IMG/VR virus record: IMGVR_UViG_3300013121_000025
Coordinates: 32,001 to 96,000 of that record
Origin: a virus
Lineage: Duplodnaviria; Caudoviricetes
DNA: 64,000 nucleotides
Direction: 5' to 3' (one strand)
In this document: in pieces, positions 9,334-18,570 of the stretch
Position numbering within the stretch: position 1 is the stretch's first letter
How the letters are laid out: each line of letters begins with the position of its first letter
Notes under the pieces: model-generated
The model's input: only the letters and a program-made list of their open reading frames with translations
Told to the model about the DNA's origin: nothing
The model's database searches: none
Program-made: the position numbers and the translations under genes

Positions 9334-9380
9334 AAACCGCTCTATTTTTATTATTTATTAAATCAAAAATAGAGCGGTTT
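9334..9380 (-). promoter_or_regulatory. 16-bp perfect inverted repeat (terminator or RBS-sequestering hairpin) with a TAAATA late promoter in the loop
   Basis: AAACCGCTCTATTTTT (9334-9349) and AAAAATAGAGCGGTTT (9365-9380); ATAAATA on the minus strand at 9352-9358. Confidence 0.65.
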
Positions 9381-9393
9381 AGGACTTTTAGAA

Positions 9394-9531
9394 TTATGGC
9401 AACCGAGATGCTGCTTCTTCTGGTGTTATATTAGTATTAAATAATAATTGTGTAAAAAACTCTGACGGAATTATTTTATTCTGCATAATGCATGCTTGTT
9501 CAAATTGTTCTTTCCATTGTTCAAATGTCAT
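9394..9531 (-). CDS. small hypothetical protein (45 aa, MTFEQWKEQFEQACIMQNKIIP...)
   Basis: Below the ORF-track cutoff; ATG with a GAGG RBS; fills the gap after the fibre gene. Confidence 0.6.
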   Translation of the reverse strand: MTFEQWKEQFEQACIMQNKIIPSEFFTQLLFNTNITPEEAASRLP

Positions 9532-9544
9532 ATAATTTCCTCAA

Positions 9545-12500
9545 TTAACTGTAGAAGTTAGGTGCTTTATTTTTGGTGGCAACGTTAGTGCTTTGATAAT
9601 GAATATCAACGAAATGTAAGAACGGATCAGCTGCTGTTACTGTTGCTGTCATGTCATTTGATACTAAGTGTGCACGACATAATATAATACCATCTACTTC
9701 TATATCAGTAGTGTTTAATTGTGTACCTGACCCTCCTACCACACTTAATTGAGTCTCGGCCATCATGTGTTGATATTGCGTGGTTGAAGCATTTTGTGTT
9801 ACTGTGCGTGTAACTGTTGCAGGGAATGCTGCTTGATCAAATCCTTTTGCATAAGTTGCTTCGAACCCCCACGTTACACTTCCTCCTGTAATGTCTGTAT
9901 CATTATGTGACCAATGAGCATGAATATAAACATCAGTCCCAGGAACATAATCGTGGGGAAGATGGAATGACACGTACACTTCGTCAGCAGCACCAAATTG
10001 ATATTGTTTAATTGCCCCTCGGTAAGTAGCAAGAGTAGGAGCATTACTTCCCCCCTCTTCACGTATAATCATTCCTGTTATATCTGCCCATCCAAATGTC
10101 GGAGCAGCAGGGTCTACTTTAATACCCGTGTTAACAGCCTTAGACACAACAAAGTTATCTTCAGCAGTAATTGTTCCAGCATCGAAATCACCATTAGAAT
10201 CTCTAAACACTAATGTGTTTGCAGTGTTTGCAGTATCGTTAGGATAAGTTATATCAACAGCCCATCCCGTAGTATTGTTAATAAATGTTGCTTCTATCAC
10301 AGCATAATCACTATTAACAACAATGTCTGCATTTGTTCCATTTAATGGCACTCCACCATGTCCTAGAGTGAATGCATTTGTCGAGAAAGTACCAGCTTTA
10401 TCAACAAATTTCAATTTCATAGGAGCATTATAAATTGAATATTGGGAATATGGTGTTGGAGAGTTGCCAGGATATGGTATGTTGCTCCCTAAAGAATAAG
10501 AATACACTGCTGAAGTAGTATCTATATCAAAAAGCAAATTACCAAACAAATCACGATTTAGTAAAATTGGACTTGCCGCAGAGCGAGTTCCCGCATGTAC
10601 AAGTTGCGTATATTTTAATACACCACTACTATTTTGACCATTTACATAACTATCGGTTTGTGTTTCGAATCCTTGGAAAGAAGTAGACTGTTCAATAATA
10701 TTAAGTGTTAATTTATTAAACAAATAATATTCACCGACACCAAGCTCTGAAGTTAACCCATTACCGATGATTGTTATTTCAGAAGAACCAGCTGCTAATC
10801 CTCCAATTGGAGCATAAATTCTATTTGTTTGTGTATTGTTAGATATTAATAAATTTTTATCAAAAGTTAAAATTAATTCTGGTTCAACATAAACAATACG
10901 ATTTTCAACACCTGTTCCTGACGTAGAAGCTTTTAATGTTACATTACTACCGATTTTCCAATGTACTGCAGTAACATCCGTGAAATCAAACACTCTACCA
11001 GAATATGATCCATGAACTGTACCACTACTTGTAATAATAACGTTTTCTAAGAAACACGGACCATCAAATACTACTGCATTGGATGATTGACCACTCGTTG
11101 CGTATTGAAAATCAAGAGTTGATTGAGTAGCACGATTACCTATAATTGATATGTTTTTCTCATTGACTAGATAAAGACCTGTCGTAGATGCTGTGGTAAT
11201 AGGAACAGTTACTGATGCCGATTGAACACGAATTGTGCCTGGAACTTTTGTTGTACCAAGATAATTGCTTAAAGCTGTATATGCTGCATGGAACGTAGTA
11301 AATGTTACAATATTATCAGCTGAACTGTCTACAATCATTACTTCTGTAATCATTGTTTTATCATTAACTTCGTCAATCGCTGCTTGAACATCTGTGGCTG
11401 TTAACCCTGATGAACCATTACTGTACGAAATTGCTGAAGCGTCATGCGCATCTGTAGTATCAGACAAGTGATTATCAAGATTTGCATCGATTTCATCAAT
11501 AGCCGCTTGTGCGTCTGTAGCAGTTAACCCTGATGTGCCGTTGCTATATACAACTTCACTAGCATTGATAGTGTCATTTTCTAAAGTCGACATGCGGGAG
11601 TCAAGTTCGTCGATTGCTCCTTGAACAGTTGTGGAAACGATAGAGGAATCAGGTGAAGCATAAGTAGGGTCATAGGAAATACTTGTTGCTGTTGAGAATC
11701 CAAGTTTTCTAAACGATTCTAATCCTGGTGTTATATTGTCAATTACTATGATATCATCAGTAGTTACATTAATACCATATGCTAATCCACTACCTACAAT
11801 ACGATATAAATCGTTTACTTGTGCATCAACCGGGAATGTTGAAGTAGGAGCAGTAACGTTTGTAGCAGGTAATGTATAATATCCATCAAAAGTAGCCTGT
11901 GCATTAGGGGAATATGTGGTATCATAAGAACTTCCGCCTGGCACTGTTACAGCATTTAAAGTTGCTGTCGAATCGAAAATGCCTGTCATATTTCCAGCAA
12001 CGTGTATGTTACCAGGATTTAATGCTGATATTGAGATAAGAGCGTAAAAGGGTTTTACTGATCTGCCGTTAAGAAAACCCGTGCCAATATTGTTTGTGTT
12101 ACTTTCGGTGATGCTTGTGTTTTCGGCTGACATTTGTACAAATGTACTGTTATTATCTGTACTACGAAAACCAACCGTTCCTGTTTGTTTACTTCCTGAC
12201 ACATCGATAAGATTAAACAATCCTGTTACTAATGAACTTGTTGTCCCTCCTAACGCTGTTCCTGTATCTGTCACGATTGCAGGAGTACTAGCAGCACTAT
12301 TATATATAGCATCATATGTTACAAATTGTTGTGCCCACAATATAGCTGTAATGAATTTAAAAGAGGTTGGTAAGGTTCCTGGAGAATTTAAAAATATTGA
12401 TTGGAATGCTGGAATCACTTCATTTGCTGCCACTTCAGAGTTAATAAAACCCGCAAGAGCCACTACATATGGATTGTGACCAGCCCCGAGGTTTAATGAC

Positions 12501-13048
12501 ATCATTCTATTAAATGTAGTGTCATATGTATCCGTTTCGTTAAAGATTACAACAGCACCAGCAAAAGGATCAGAGGAAGCAGAAATGTCTTCAGCAGTCA
12601 ACGTTCCAGTGTCAGCATCAAAACTTAGTACATTATACGAATCGGCAAATCCTTGTAGAGTCCAATCTCCTTTGATGCGACCCACGTTGTGTAGAGCCAA
12701 TTCGTCGATTGCGTCTTGTACGTTTGTTGCAGAAAGACCAGAATCAGGCGAAGGTAATGTTGGATCATACGAAACGTCGGAAGCACTATTAATAACAGGA
12801 CGTAATGCTAATTCATCGATCGCATCTTGTACGTTTGTAGCTACAACACCTGTGTCTGGTAAAGTATTTGGATCGAATGATACATCGGTAGCAGCATTAA
12901 CAACAGGACGTAATGCTAATTCATCAATTGCATCTTGTACGTTTGTAGATTCGATTCCGGAATCAGGACTTGTAGTTGGATCGAATGGAACTGAGCTTGC
13001 AGGAGCAGTTGATCCACGTAAGATTACATCTTCAATATTAATAGTCAC
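9545..13048 (-). CDS. large fibre/virion structural protein with VQDAIDEL repeats
   Basis: 1167 aa, T/S/G-rich; six (T/A)xxQxAIDE repeats and a beta-helix-like middle; GTG start with AGGAG RBS. Confidence 0.7.
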   Translation of the reverse strand: MTINIEDVILRGSTAPASSVPFDPTTSPDSGIESTNVQDAIDELALRPVVNAATDVSFDPNTLPDTGVVATNVQDAIDELALRPVINSASDVSYDPTLPSPDSGLSATNVQDAIDELALHNVGRIKGDWTLQGFADSYNVLSFDADTGTLTAEDISASSDPFAGAVVIFNETDTYDTTFNRMMSLNLGAGHNPYVVALAGFINSEVAANEVIPAFQSIFLNSPGTLPTSFKFITAILWAQQFVTYDAIYNSAASTPAIVTDTGTALGGTTSSLVTGLFNLIDVSGSKQTGTVGFRSTDNNSTFVQMSAENTSITESNTNNIGTGFLNGRSVKPFYALISISALNPGNIHVAGNMTGIFDSTATLNAVTVPGGSSYDTTYSPNAQATFDGYYTLPATNVTAPTSTFPVDAQVNDLYRIVGSGLAYGINVTTDDIIVIDNITPGLESFRKLGFSTATSISYDPTYASPDSSIVSTTVQGAIDELDSRMSTLENDTINASEVVYSNGTSGLTATDAQAAIDEIDANLDNHLSDTTDAHDASAISYSNGSSGLTATDVQAAIDEVNDKTMITEVMIVDSSADNIVTFTTFHAAYTALSNYLGTTKVPGTIRVQSASVTVPITTASTTGLYLVNEKNISIIGNRATQSTLDFQYATSGQSSNAVVFDGPCFLENVIITSSGTVHGSYSGRVFDFTDVTAVHWKIGSNVTLKASTSGTGVENRIVYVEPELILTFDKNLLISNNTQTNRIYAPIGGLAAGSSEITIIGNGLTSELGVGEYYLFNKLTLNIIEQSTSFQGFETQTDSYVNGQNSSGVLKYTQLVHAGTRSAASPILLNRDLFGNLLFDIDTTSAVYSYSLGSNIPYPGNSPTPYSQYSIYNAPMKLKFVDKAGTFSTNAFTLGHGGVPLNGTNADIVVNSDYAVIEATFINNTTGWAVDITYPNDTANTANTLVFRDSNGDFDAGTITAEDNFVVSKAVNTGIKVDPAAPTFGWADITGMIIREEGGSNAPTLATYRGAIKQYQFGAADEVYVSFHLPHDYVPGTDVYIHAHWSHNDTDITGGSVTWGFEATYAKGFDQAAFPATVTRTVTQNASTTQYQHMMAETQLSVVGGSGTQLNTTDIEVDGIILCRAHLVSNDMTATVTAADPFLHFVDIHYQSTNVATKNKAPNFYS
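12690..12990 (-). repeat. three tandem ~36-aa repeats (DVSFDPxxxPDSGxxxTNVQDAIDELAL)
   Basis: Seen in the protein; near-identical DNA copies ACAGGACGTAATGCTAATTCATC at about 12794 and 12903. Confidence 0.85.
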
Positions 13049-13073
13049 AATATATTACTCCTTTTGTTTATAG

Positions 13074-13361
13074 TTAAGCATCTACTGCTGTACTAAATTC
13101 TGGTAATAGTTTAAGTGCATTATATACAAATGTATGAATATTAACATCTGTATTAGTATCATAATCTATTACATACGATTTATTACTAACTGGTGATTTA
13201 CCATCCAAAAAAGCTTGTTGAGATGCATACACATATAATGTAACATTTACTTTAAATGCATTAGATTTGACTACGCTTGCTACGTGACCAATTCTAATGT
13301 AAGTATCGTATGGTGTGTTAATACCTACGCTGTCTAACGTATTTGATTGAATAAATGCCAT
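13074..13361 (-). CDS. small fibre-associated protein (possible tail fibre assembly chaperone)
   Basis: 95 aa, lies between two fibre genes; ends YNALKLLPEFSTAVDA. Confidence 0.5.
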   Translation of the reverse strand: MAFIQSNTLDSVGINTPYDTYIRIGHVASVVKSNAFKVNVTLYVYASQQAFLDGKSPVSNKSYVIDYDTNTDVNIHTFVYNALKLLPEFSTAVDA

Positions 13362-13392
13362 AATTGAACTCCTTTGTGTTGTATTTTAAAAA

Positions 13393-16296
13393 TTAATTTG
13401 TTGTTGTAAAGTATATAGTTGCTTGCCAATCAATCGTCTCACCAGATTCACCTGTTGCACGTACACGCATTGTTGATCCTGAAATATCAAGATCAAGAGC
13501 CCATACTCCTGCACCAGTATCATAGTAGGTAGGTGAACCTGCAGGACTTGCTACACCTACAGTATAACCAACTAATGTATATGTTCCGCCAACATTTTTA
13601 ACCAACCCTTCGATAGGCCACATTGCTGTATCTCCAACAGTATTTGATCCTGCAGTACGATAAGCACTTACAACGCCTTTGAACCCACAAGCTGAATCTG
13701 ATGGTATTGTAATGCTGCCTATTGTAGTTATTGTTGCATCAGTTGTTGTTCCCCCCACCATAACATCCATTGAGCGACCATTCGATGTATCGTGGACATG
13801 TTGTCGTTCATTACTATTGAATGTATTTGCGTTTAAACCTAAAGCAAAAGAATTTGACTGATCAGCAGTAGCGCTAGGTCCAAGTGCAATGCTGTTTGTT
13901 CCTGTAGCGCTGGAAGAGGTGCCTATCGATATGGCCGACGAACCGGTAGCACTAGCAGAAACTCCTATCGATACCGCTGAAGGACCATCTGTTATTGCTC
14001 CATAACCAATAGCAATATCGGAATCATTCGAAGTTTGTGCTATTCTACCAATGGCTATACTATTAGAGGAAACAGTACTAGCATCATATCCAATGGCTAA
14101 CGAAATCGACCCTTCAGTATACACACTATATCCAATTGCAATGTTATAACCGTTGCTTGCATTTGCTTGATATCCTAGACCTATTGCATATGCAGATGCA
14201 CTAGTGTTTGTTCCGATGGCGATTGCTTCTGTTAATGCTGTAGGTGAGTTACCTATAGATATACCGTTTGTATAATTTGATGTAGCATCATATCCAATTG
14301 CTACTATTCCACCATTGTCAGCTAGTGAGGAATAACCGATGGCAACACCACTTGTTGTTCCAGCATTTGCTAGTTTACCGACAGCGACCCCGTTTGCTCC
14401 ACCAGCGGCTGCATAACTACCAATCGAAACGGAGTTTCCGCCTGATGAGGAGGTAATAAATCCTATCGAGATTGATTCTCCGGCAGCACTGCATCCGGCT
14501 CCTATTGCTATTCCATTTACTTGTGAAACAGCACTTGCTCTACCAATGACAATAGCATCTGAAGCTGACGCTGTACTATTATATCCAAGGACAGTACTAT
14601 AAATACCTGAACTTGTAGTATCTTTTCCAATTGCAATTGCTTGTACAGCTGTTGCAGCAGCAGAATATCCTATAGCAATTGCGCTGTCAGCAGTTGCAGT
14701 TGTGCTTCTTCCGAACGAAATTGTATTTGTAGAAGACGCGATTGAAGCATAGCCGATTGCAATACCACAGTTGGAACTTGCAGAGGTTGTTGCAGCTTGT
14801 CCTATTGAAATTGCATAAGAAGAACTACTTACTGCGTTTCTACCTATTGTTACAGATTCTTCAGCGTAGTTATTTGCAGCAGCTCCATGTCCTATTACTA
14901 CAGCTCTGTTACAATTATCTCCATACGAACTTGATCCGCCAATAGCAATTGCTCCATTAGCTCCGTAGCCCGAAGCACTAGTACCTATTACGATTGCACC
15001 CCCGTATCCAACATTACCATCAATTGTTGCTCCATCGCCTATTGCCATACAGAAACCGATGCCAGGAGTATTTGTGACAGAAGCTCCATTGCCGATTGCT
15101 AAATTTCGTGTTTGAGTAGCAATTGCTGAAGGACCAATGGCAACACTATTAGAAGAATCTGTCGATGCTCCATGTCCAATGGAAAGACTCGATGCTCCTG
15201 CTGCTGTAGAATTTATTCCTATTGCAGTAGCATTAACAGCAGAAGCAGTACTATTATTACCAATAGCAACTGCTGAAATTGCAGATGCATCACTTGAAGA
15301 ACCCACTGCTATTGCATAATTGGCTGAAGAAGTTGAAGAATTGCCCATTGCGAGAGCTTCTGTTCCTGTAGCACTTGCTGCCGTAGATGGTGGTGTATCT
15401 GCTGGCGTGGGGGCGTACCATAAACTTCCGTCTAGTGCAGGAGCTAATTCATCAATTGCTGCTTTCACATCAGTTGCTGTTAATCCCGATACACCATTAT
15501 CATAAGATATTGCAGATGAGTCATGAGCATCAGAAGTGTCAGTTAAGTGATTAAGTAAATCAATTCCCACTTCATCAATTGCTGCTTGAACTGTTACAGC
15601 TGCAATTCCTGAATCAGGGGAAGTGTTCGGATCAAAAGATATATCAGCAGCTGTAAACGACATTGCATCAATAGTAGCATCAATTTCATCAATAGCGTCT
15701 TGAACTGTTGTCGCAGTTAATCCTGATGTTGTATTGTCGTATGAAATAGTTGATGAATCTAAATTAGCAATTGTTGTTTCTACATCATCGATTCTTCCGT
15801 CTAATTCATCGATGGCGTCTTGTGCGTTTGTAGCTGATAGTCCTGATGGTGGTGAAGCATAATTAGGATCATAAACTACATCAACAGCATCCATAGTTAA
15901 CGGCATTTGAACATCAGGAAACACGTTTACGTTTGATCCAATATCAACAGGAGCCCATCCTACAACAGAATCTACCCACACCATATCGAAATTTAAATCA
16001 TCAGTAGTGATTTCAAGGTCATCTAATTGACTCGAAATAAAGTTACCATCCCCTTGTACAATTAACGAATTTGTTGAGTATGTAGATGCTTTAGCGATAA
16101 ATCTACAAAGAGTATCCGCATCAGGATTAGAAGGTAATTTAATATAAACAGGACCATCTGTTGTGTCAACTAATGCTCCCATGTTTCCACCTAATTCGTA
16201 AGGGGCGTCTATTGGACCATCATTAGCAGTTACTACTACATAATCGATAATCTCGCTTCCACCACCACCGCGTCTTATTTCTGATAGTTTTGCCAT
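13393..16296 (-). CDS. fibre/adhesin protein with YadA-head-like (AIAIG) beta-roll repeats
   Basis: Roughly 35 ~14-aa repeats of type A-x-x-x-x-(A/S)IAIG, four VQDAIDE-type repeats, and a C-terminal domain shared with 20028 and 24221. Confidence 0.8.
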   Translation of the reverse strand: MAKLSEIRRGGGGSEIIDYVVVTANDGPIDAPYELGGNMGALVDTTDGPVYIKLPSNPDADTLCRFIAKASTYSTNSLIVQGDGNFISSQLDDLEITTDDLNFDMVWVDSVVGWAPVDIGSNVNVFPDVQMPLTMDAVDVVYDPNYASPPSGLSATNAQDAIDELDGRIDDVETTIANLDSSTISYDNTTSGLTATTVQDAIDEIDATIDAMSFTAADISFDPNTSPDSGIAAVTVQAAIDEVGIDLLNHLTDTSDAHDSSAISYDNGVSGLTATDVKAAIDELAPALDGSLWYAPTPADTPPSTAASATGTEALAMGNSSTSSANYAIAVGSSSDASAISAVAIGNNSTASAVNATAIGINSTAAGASSLSIGHGASTDSSNSVAIGPSAIATQTRNLAIGNGASVTNTPGIGFCMAIGDGATIDGNVGYGGAIVIGTSASGYGANGAIAIGGSSSYGDNCNRAVVIGHGAAANNYAEESVTIGRNAVSSSSYAISIGQAATTSASSNCGIAIGYASIASSTNTISFGRSTTATADSAIAIGYSAAATAVQAIAIGKDTTSSGIYSTVLGYNSTASASDAIVIGRASAVSQVNGIAIGAGCSAAGESISIGFITSSSGGNSVSIGSYAAAGGANGVAVGKLANAGTTSGVAIGYSSLADNGGIVAIGYDATSNYTNGISIGNSPTALTEAIAIGTNTSASAYAIGLGYQANASNGYNIAIGYSVYTEGSISLAIGYDASTVSSNSIAIGRIAQTSNDSDIAIGYGAITDGPSAVSIGVSASATGSSAISIGTSSSATGTNSIALGPSATADQSNSFALGLNANTFNSNERQHVHDTSNGRSMDVMVGGTTTDATITTIGSITIPSDSACGFKGVVSAYRTAGSNTVGDTAMWPIEGLVKNVGGTYTLVGYTVGVASPAGSPTYYDTGAGVWALDLDISGSTMRVRATGESGETIDWQATIYFTTTN

Positions 16297-16306
16297 GTTT
16301 ACTCTC

Positions 16307-18163
16307 TTATATCACTACGTTATTATTTACTGAATCGTATGCAAAGGTTAATTCAGGCGACGGTTGATCGACCTCGAATTGTATAGGATATGCATCGTTC
16401 ATGATCGTATAAGTTGCTGACGGATGTGGAGTTAATAAGAATCTTGTTGTAGGACTAAATCCATATCCAGGTTTTGCAGCATCCTTCACTCGAAGTATAA
16501 AATTTGATTCTAACGTCTCAGGCATTATTCCTTCTACATCGCCACCCGAAGTATCGATAATGTAGTTAACACCAACTTCAATATTAAAAGGAGAATCAGC
16601 AATAGTTTTGACCTGCCATTCTGCGTCTAAGATAGCATTTTCAACATAATCAATTACATCTTGTGCAACATTATCAACATAACTTTTTGGAACTGCTTGG
16701 TTATCATACGTAACTGTTTCTGTGACGAATACTAAACTTGTGAATGTATTGTCACCATTAAATGTATTATCCCCTTCGATGATGTTATTATCAGCGAGCG
16801 TAACGAACAAAGAGGATGCATTTGTGATAGAATCTTCAACAAATTGTTTTGTTGCTGCTCCTAAAGGATCGGTTGGATCAGCATTCAAGATTAAATCACC
16901 TGTTAACGTTCCACCACTTAAGTCTAATTTATTATCACGTAGATAATCCAAATCATCCTGAACGTTACCGTTACTAGTTGAAGTAACAGTTGTTGCAGCT
17001 TGTGTATGTGATAAAGGAGTACGTGCGTCTGTTAAACGTGGATCAGTGTCTGAAATAACAATTGGAGACGTAGGAGTTGTTGGGACTGCTGATAAACGCA
17101 CTGTTCCTAATGTTAAGGTTGTAGCAGGATCTGCACCTGGACCCGGAGGACCTTGTTCCCCTGTTAATCCAGCCGCTTCGAATGATTGTTGAAATAATAC
17201 GCTCGTTGTACTTAATACTTTTGCAACTGCTGGTTTACGTTCTGTCGCCAATAATGGTTGTGTAACGAAGGGATCTTCGTAAACTAATGTACCAGCTTCT
17301 GCACCAATACCTACGAATAATCTCGCACCAGCATCTACTACACTTTGCCAATCCCAATCAGTATTCGTAATTAAGCCTCGTGTAACAATTGATGCAACTT
17401 CTCCTGTTGATAATGCGACAGGACAAATAGCAATTACTGTATCATTAACATCATTATAATCAGCAAGAGAAATTACAGGATAGTTACTTGTACCATATCC
17501 ATCGATTTTTACAACACTAAATGCAGGAATGTTTTCATTTGCTTTAACTAAAGTTAAATCTGATTCCATACGAACTGTATTTGCAAGTCCGCCATATGTT
17601 TGAAAATCTGATTCAGTTGTTAAAAATTCACCTGTGGATGTTCGAATTGCAGTACCTGTACCATCATATAAAATACGACCGGCAGGATTGGATCCTGTTA
17701 CATTTATATGCGAAACAAGTGGATTTTTATAAGGATATGTTACAGTTGATGAACCACCAACATATGTTCCTACAAATACTCTTACAACTGTAATCCATTT
17801 TCTGGTTAAAGATATATAACGTTTGAATAAATTATTTGTTGTATCAAACCAATGTTGATCGTTCGAAGGATTAGTAGGAGCCGTTGGACCATATACCATG
17901 TCATACATAGTATATCCAAATGTTCGTTCACCTGTAATGATATCTAAATCAATGTACAAATATGCAGTTTCACTTGCAGGAACGGCAGAAACGTTCCATG
18001 CTTGTAAAACGTTAGTATTTTCTGTGTGATAATAATTAGAGTTTTTGTATGCCAATGATAATTCGATTGGAAGAGTGGAAACAATCACATTGACATAGTT
18101 TGTGCTATATGTCAATGATCCCACTGGCATTCTAATTATTCCTTGACGGAAGTTAAATTGCAT
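16307..18163 (-). CDS. virion structural/fibre protein
   Basis: 618 aa; short collagen-like GEQGPPGPG, GGTLTGDLIL...AATKQFV fibre motif, DPRLTDARTP. Confidence 0.65.
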   Translation of the reverse strand: MQFNFRQGIIRMPVGSLTYSTNYVNVIVSTLPIELSLAYKNSNYYHTENTNVLQAWNVSAVPASETAYLYIDLDIITGERTFGYTMYDMVYGPTAPTNPSNDQHWFDTTNNLFKRYISLTRKWITVVRVFVGTYVGGSSTVTYPYKNPLVSHINVTGSNPAGRILYDGTGTAIRTSTGEFLTTESDFQTYGGLANTVRMESDLTLVKANENIPAFSVVKIDGYGTSNYPVISLADYNDVNDTVIAICPVALSTGEVASIVTRGLITNTDWDWQSVVDAGARLFVGIGAEAGTLVYEDPFVTQPLLATERKPAVAKVLSTTSVLFQQSFEAAGLTGEQGPPGPGADPATTLTLGTVRLSAVPTTPTSPIVISDTDPRLTDARTPLSHTQAATTVTSTSNGNVQDDLDYLRDNKLDLSGGTLTGDLILNADPTDPLGAATKQFVEDSITNASSLFVTLADNNIIEGDNTFNGDNTFTSLVFVTETVTYDNQAVPKSYVDNVAQDVIDYVENAILDAEWQVKTIADSPFNIEVGVNYIIDTSGGDVEGIMPETLESNFILRVKDAAKPGYGFSPTTRFLLTPHPSATYTIMNDAYPIQFEVDQPSPELTFAYDSVNNNVVI

Positions 18164-18188
18164 ATTTAATACCTACACTTCTTTCCAT

Positions 18189-18195
18189 TATTTAT
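18189..18195 (-). promoter_or_regulatory. T4-like late promoter (ATAAATA)
   Basis: TAAATA core about 25 nt upstream of the start at 18163; the same motif precedes most late genes. Confidence 0.55.
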
Positions 18196-18219
18196 GAAAA
18201 AGGGCAGTGTAATATGGTA

Positions 18220-18558
18220 TTATGGATTGTCCCTTTGATTCACTGCTTGCATGTATAAAGAGTGTAATAAAATATACACTTCGATATGAGAAGCATATTG
18301 ACGATTGCCGTCAGCATCGAATAATGGATCACCGGTAAAAGGGTTAACTAAAGGAATTTGAGTCGAAGGATTAAAAACAATCTCTGCAAAAGCAGGATCG
18401 GCAGGAATGGTGATTACTTGACCGTCCGCAAGAGCAATTGCGCGTTGTTCATGAAATACAATTGTTGGTGTTCCTCCGTACGGATTATCGATTTGTACTC
18501 GATGAGATCTTGTCCATTCTGTTCCTGCAATATTCGACTGTTTATAATTAGCTGCCAT
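18220..18558 (-). CDS. hypothetical fibre-associated protein
   Basis: 112-aa ORF with GAGG RBS directly after the fibre gene. Confidence 0.6.
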   Translation of the reverse strand: MAANYKQSNIAGTEWTRSHRVQIDNPYGGTPTIVFHEQRAIALADGQVITIPADPAFAEIVFNPSTQIPLVNPFTGDPLFDADGNRQYASHIEVYILLHSLYMQAVNQRDNP

Positions 18559-18570
18559 AAAATCCTCTTA

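Noticed and set aside
12690-12990. Direct repeats as a CRISPR array or DGR template/variable repeat pair
   Set aside because: They are in-frame coding repeats with mostly synonymous, not adenine-specific, differences, and there is no reverse transcriptase or cas gene in the window.
12081-13073. Plus-strand ORFs of 132 and 184 aa, and the many other 60-130 aa antisense ORFs
   Set aside because: These are shadows of minus-strand genes with biased codon usage; they have no RBS or recognisable motifs and mirror the sense repeats.
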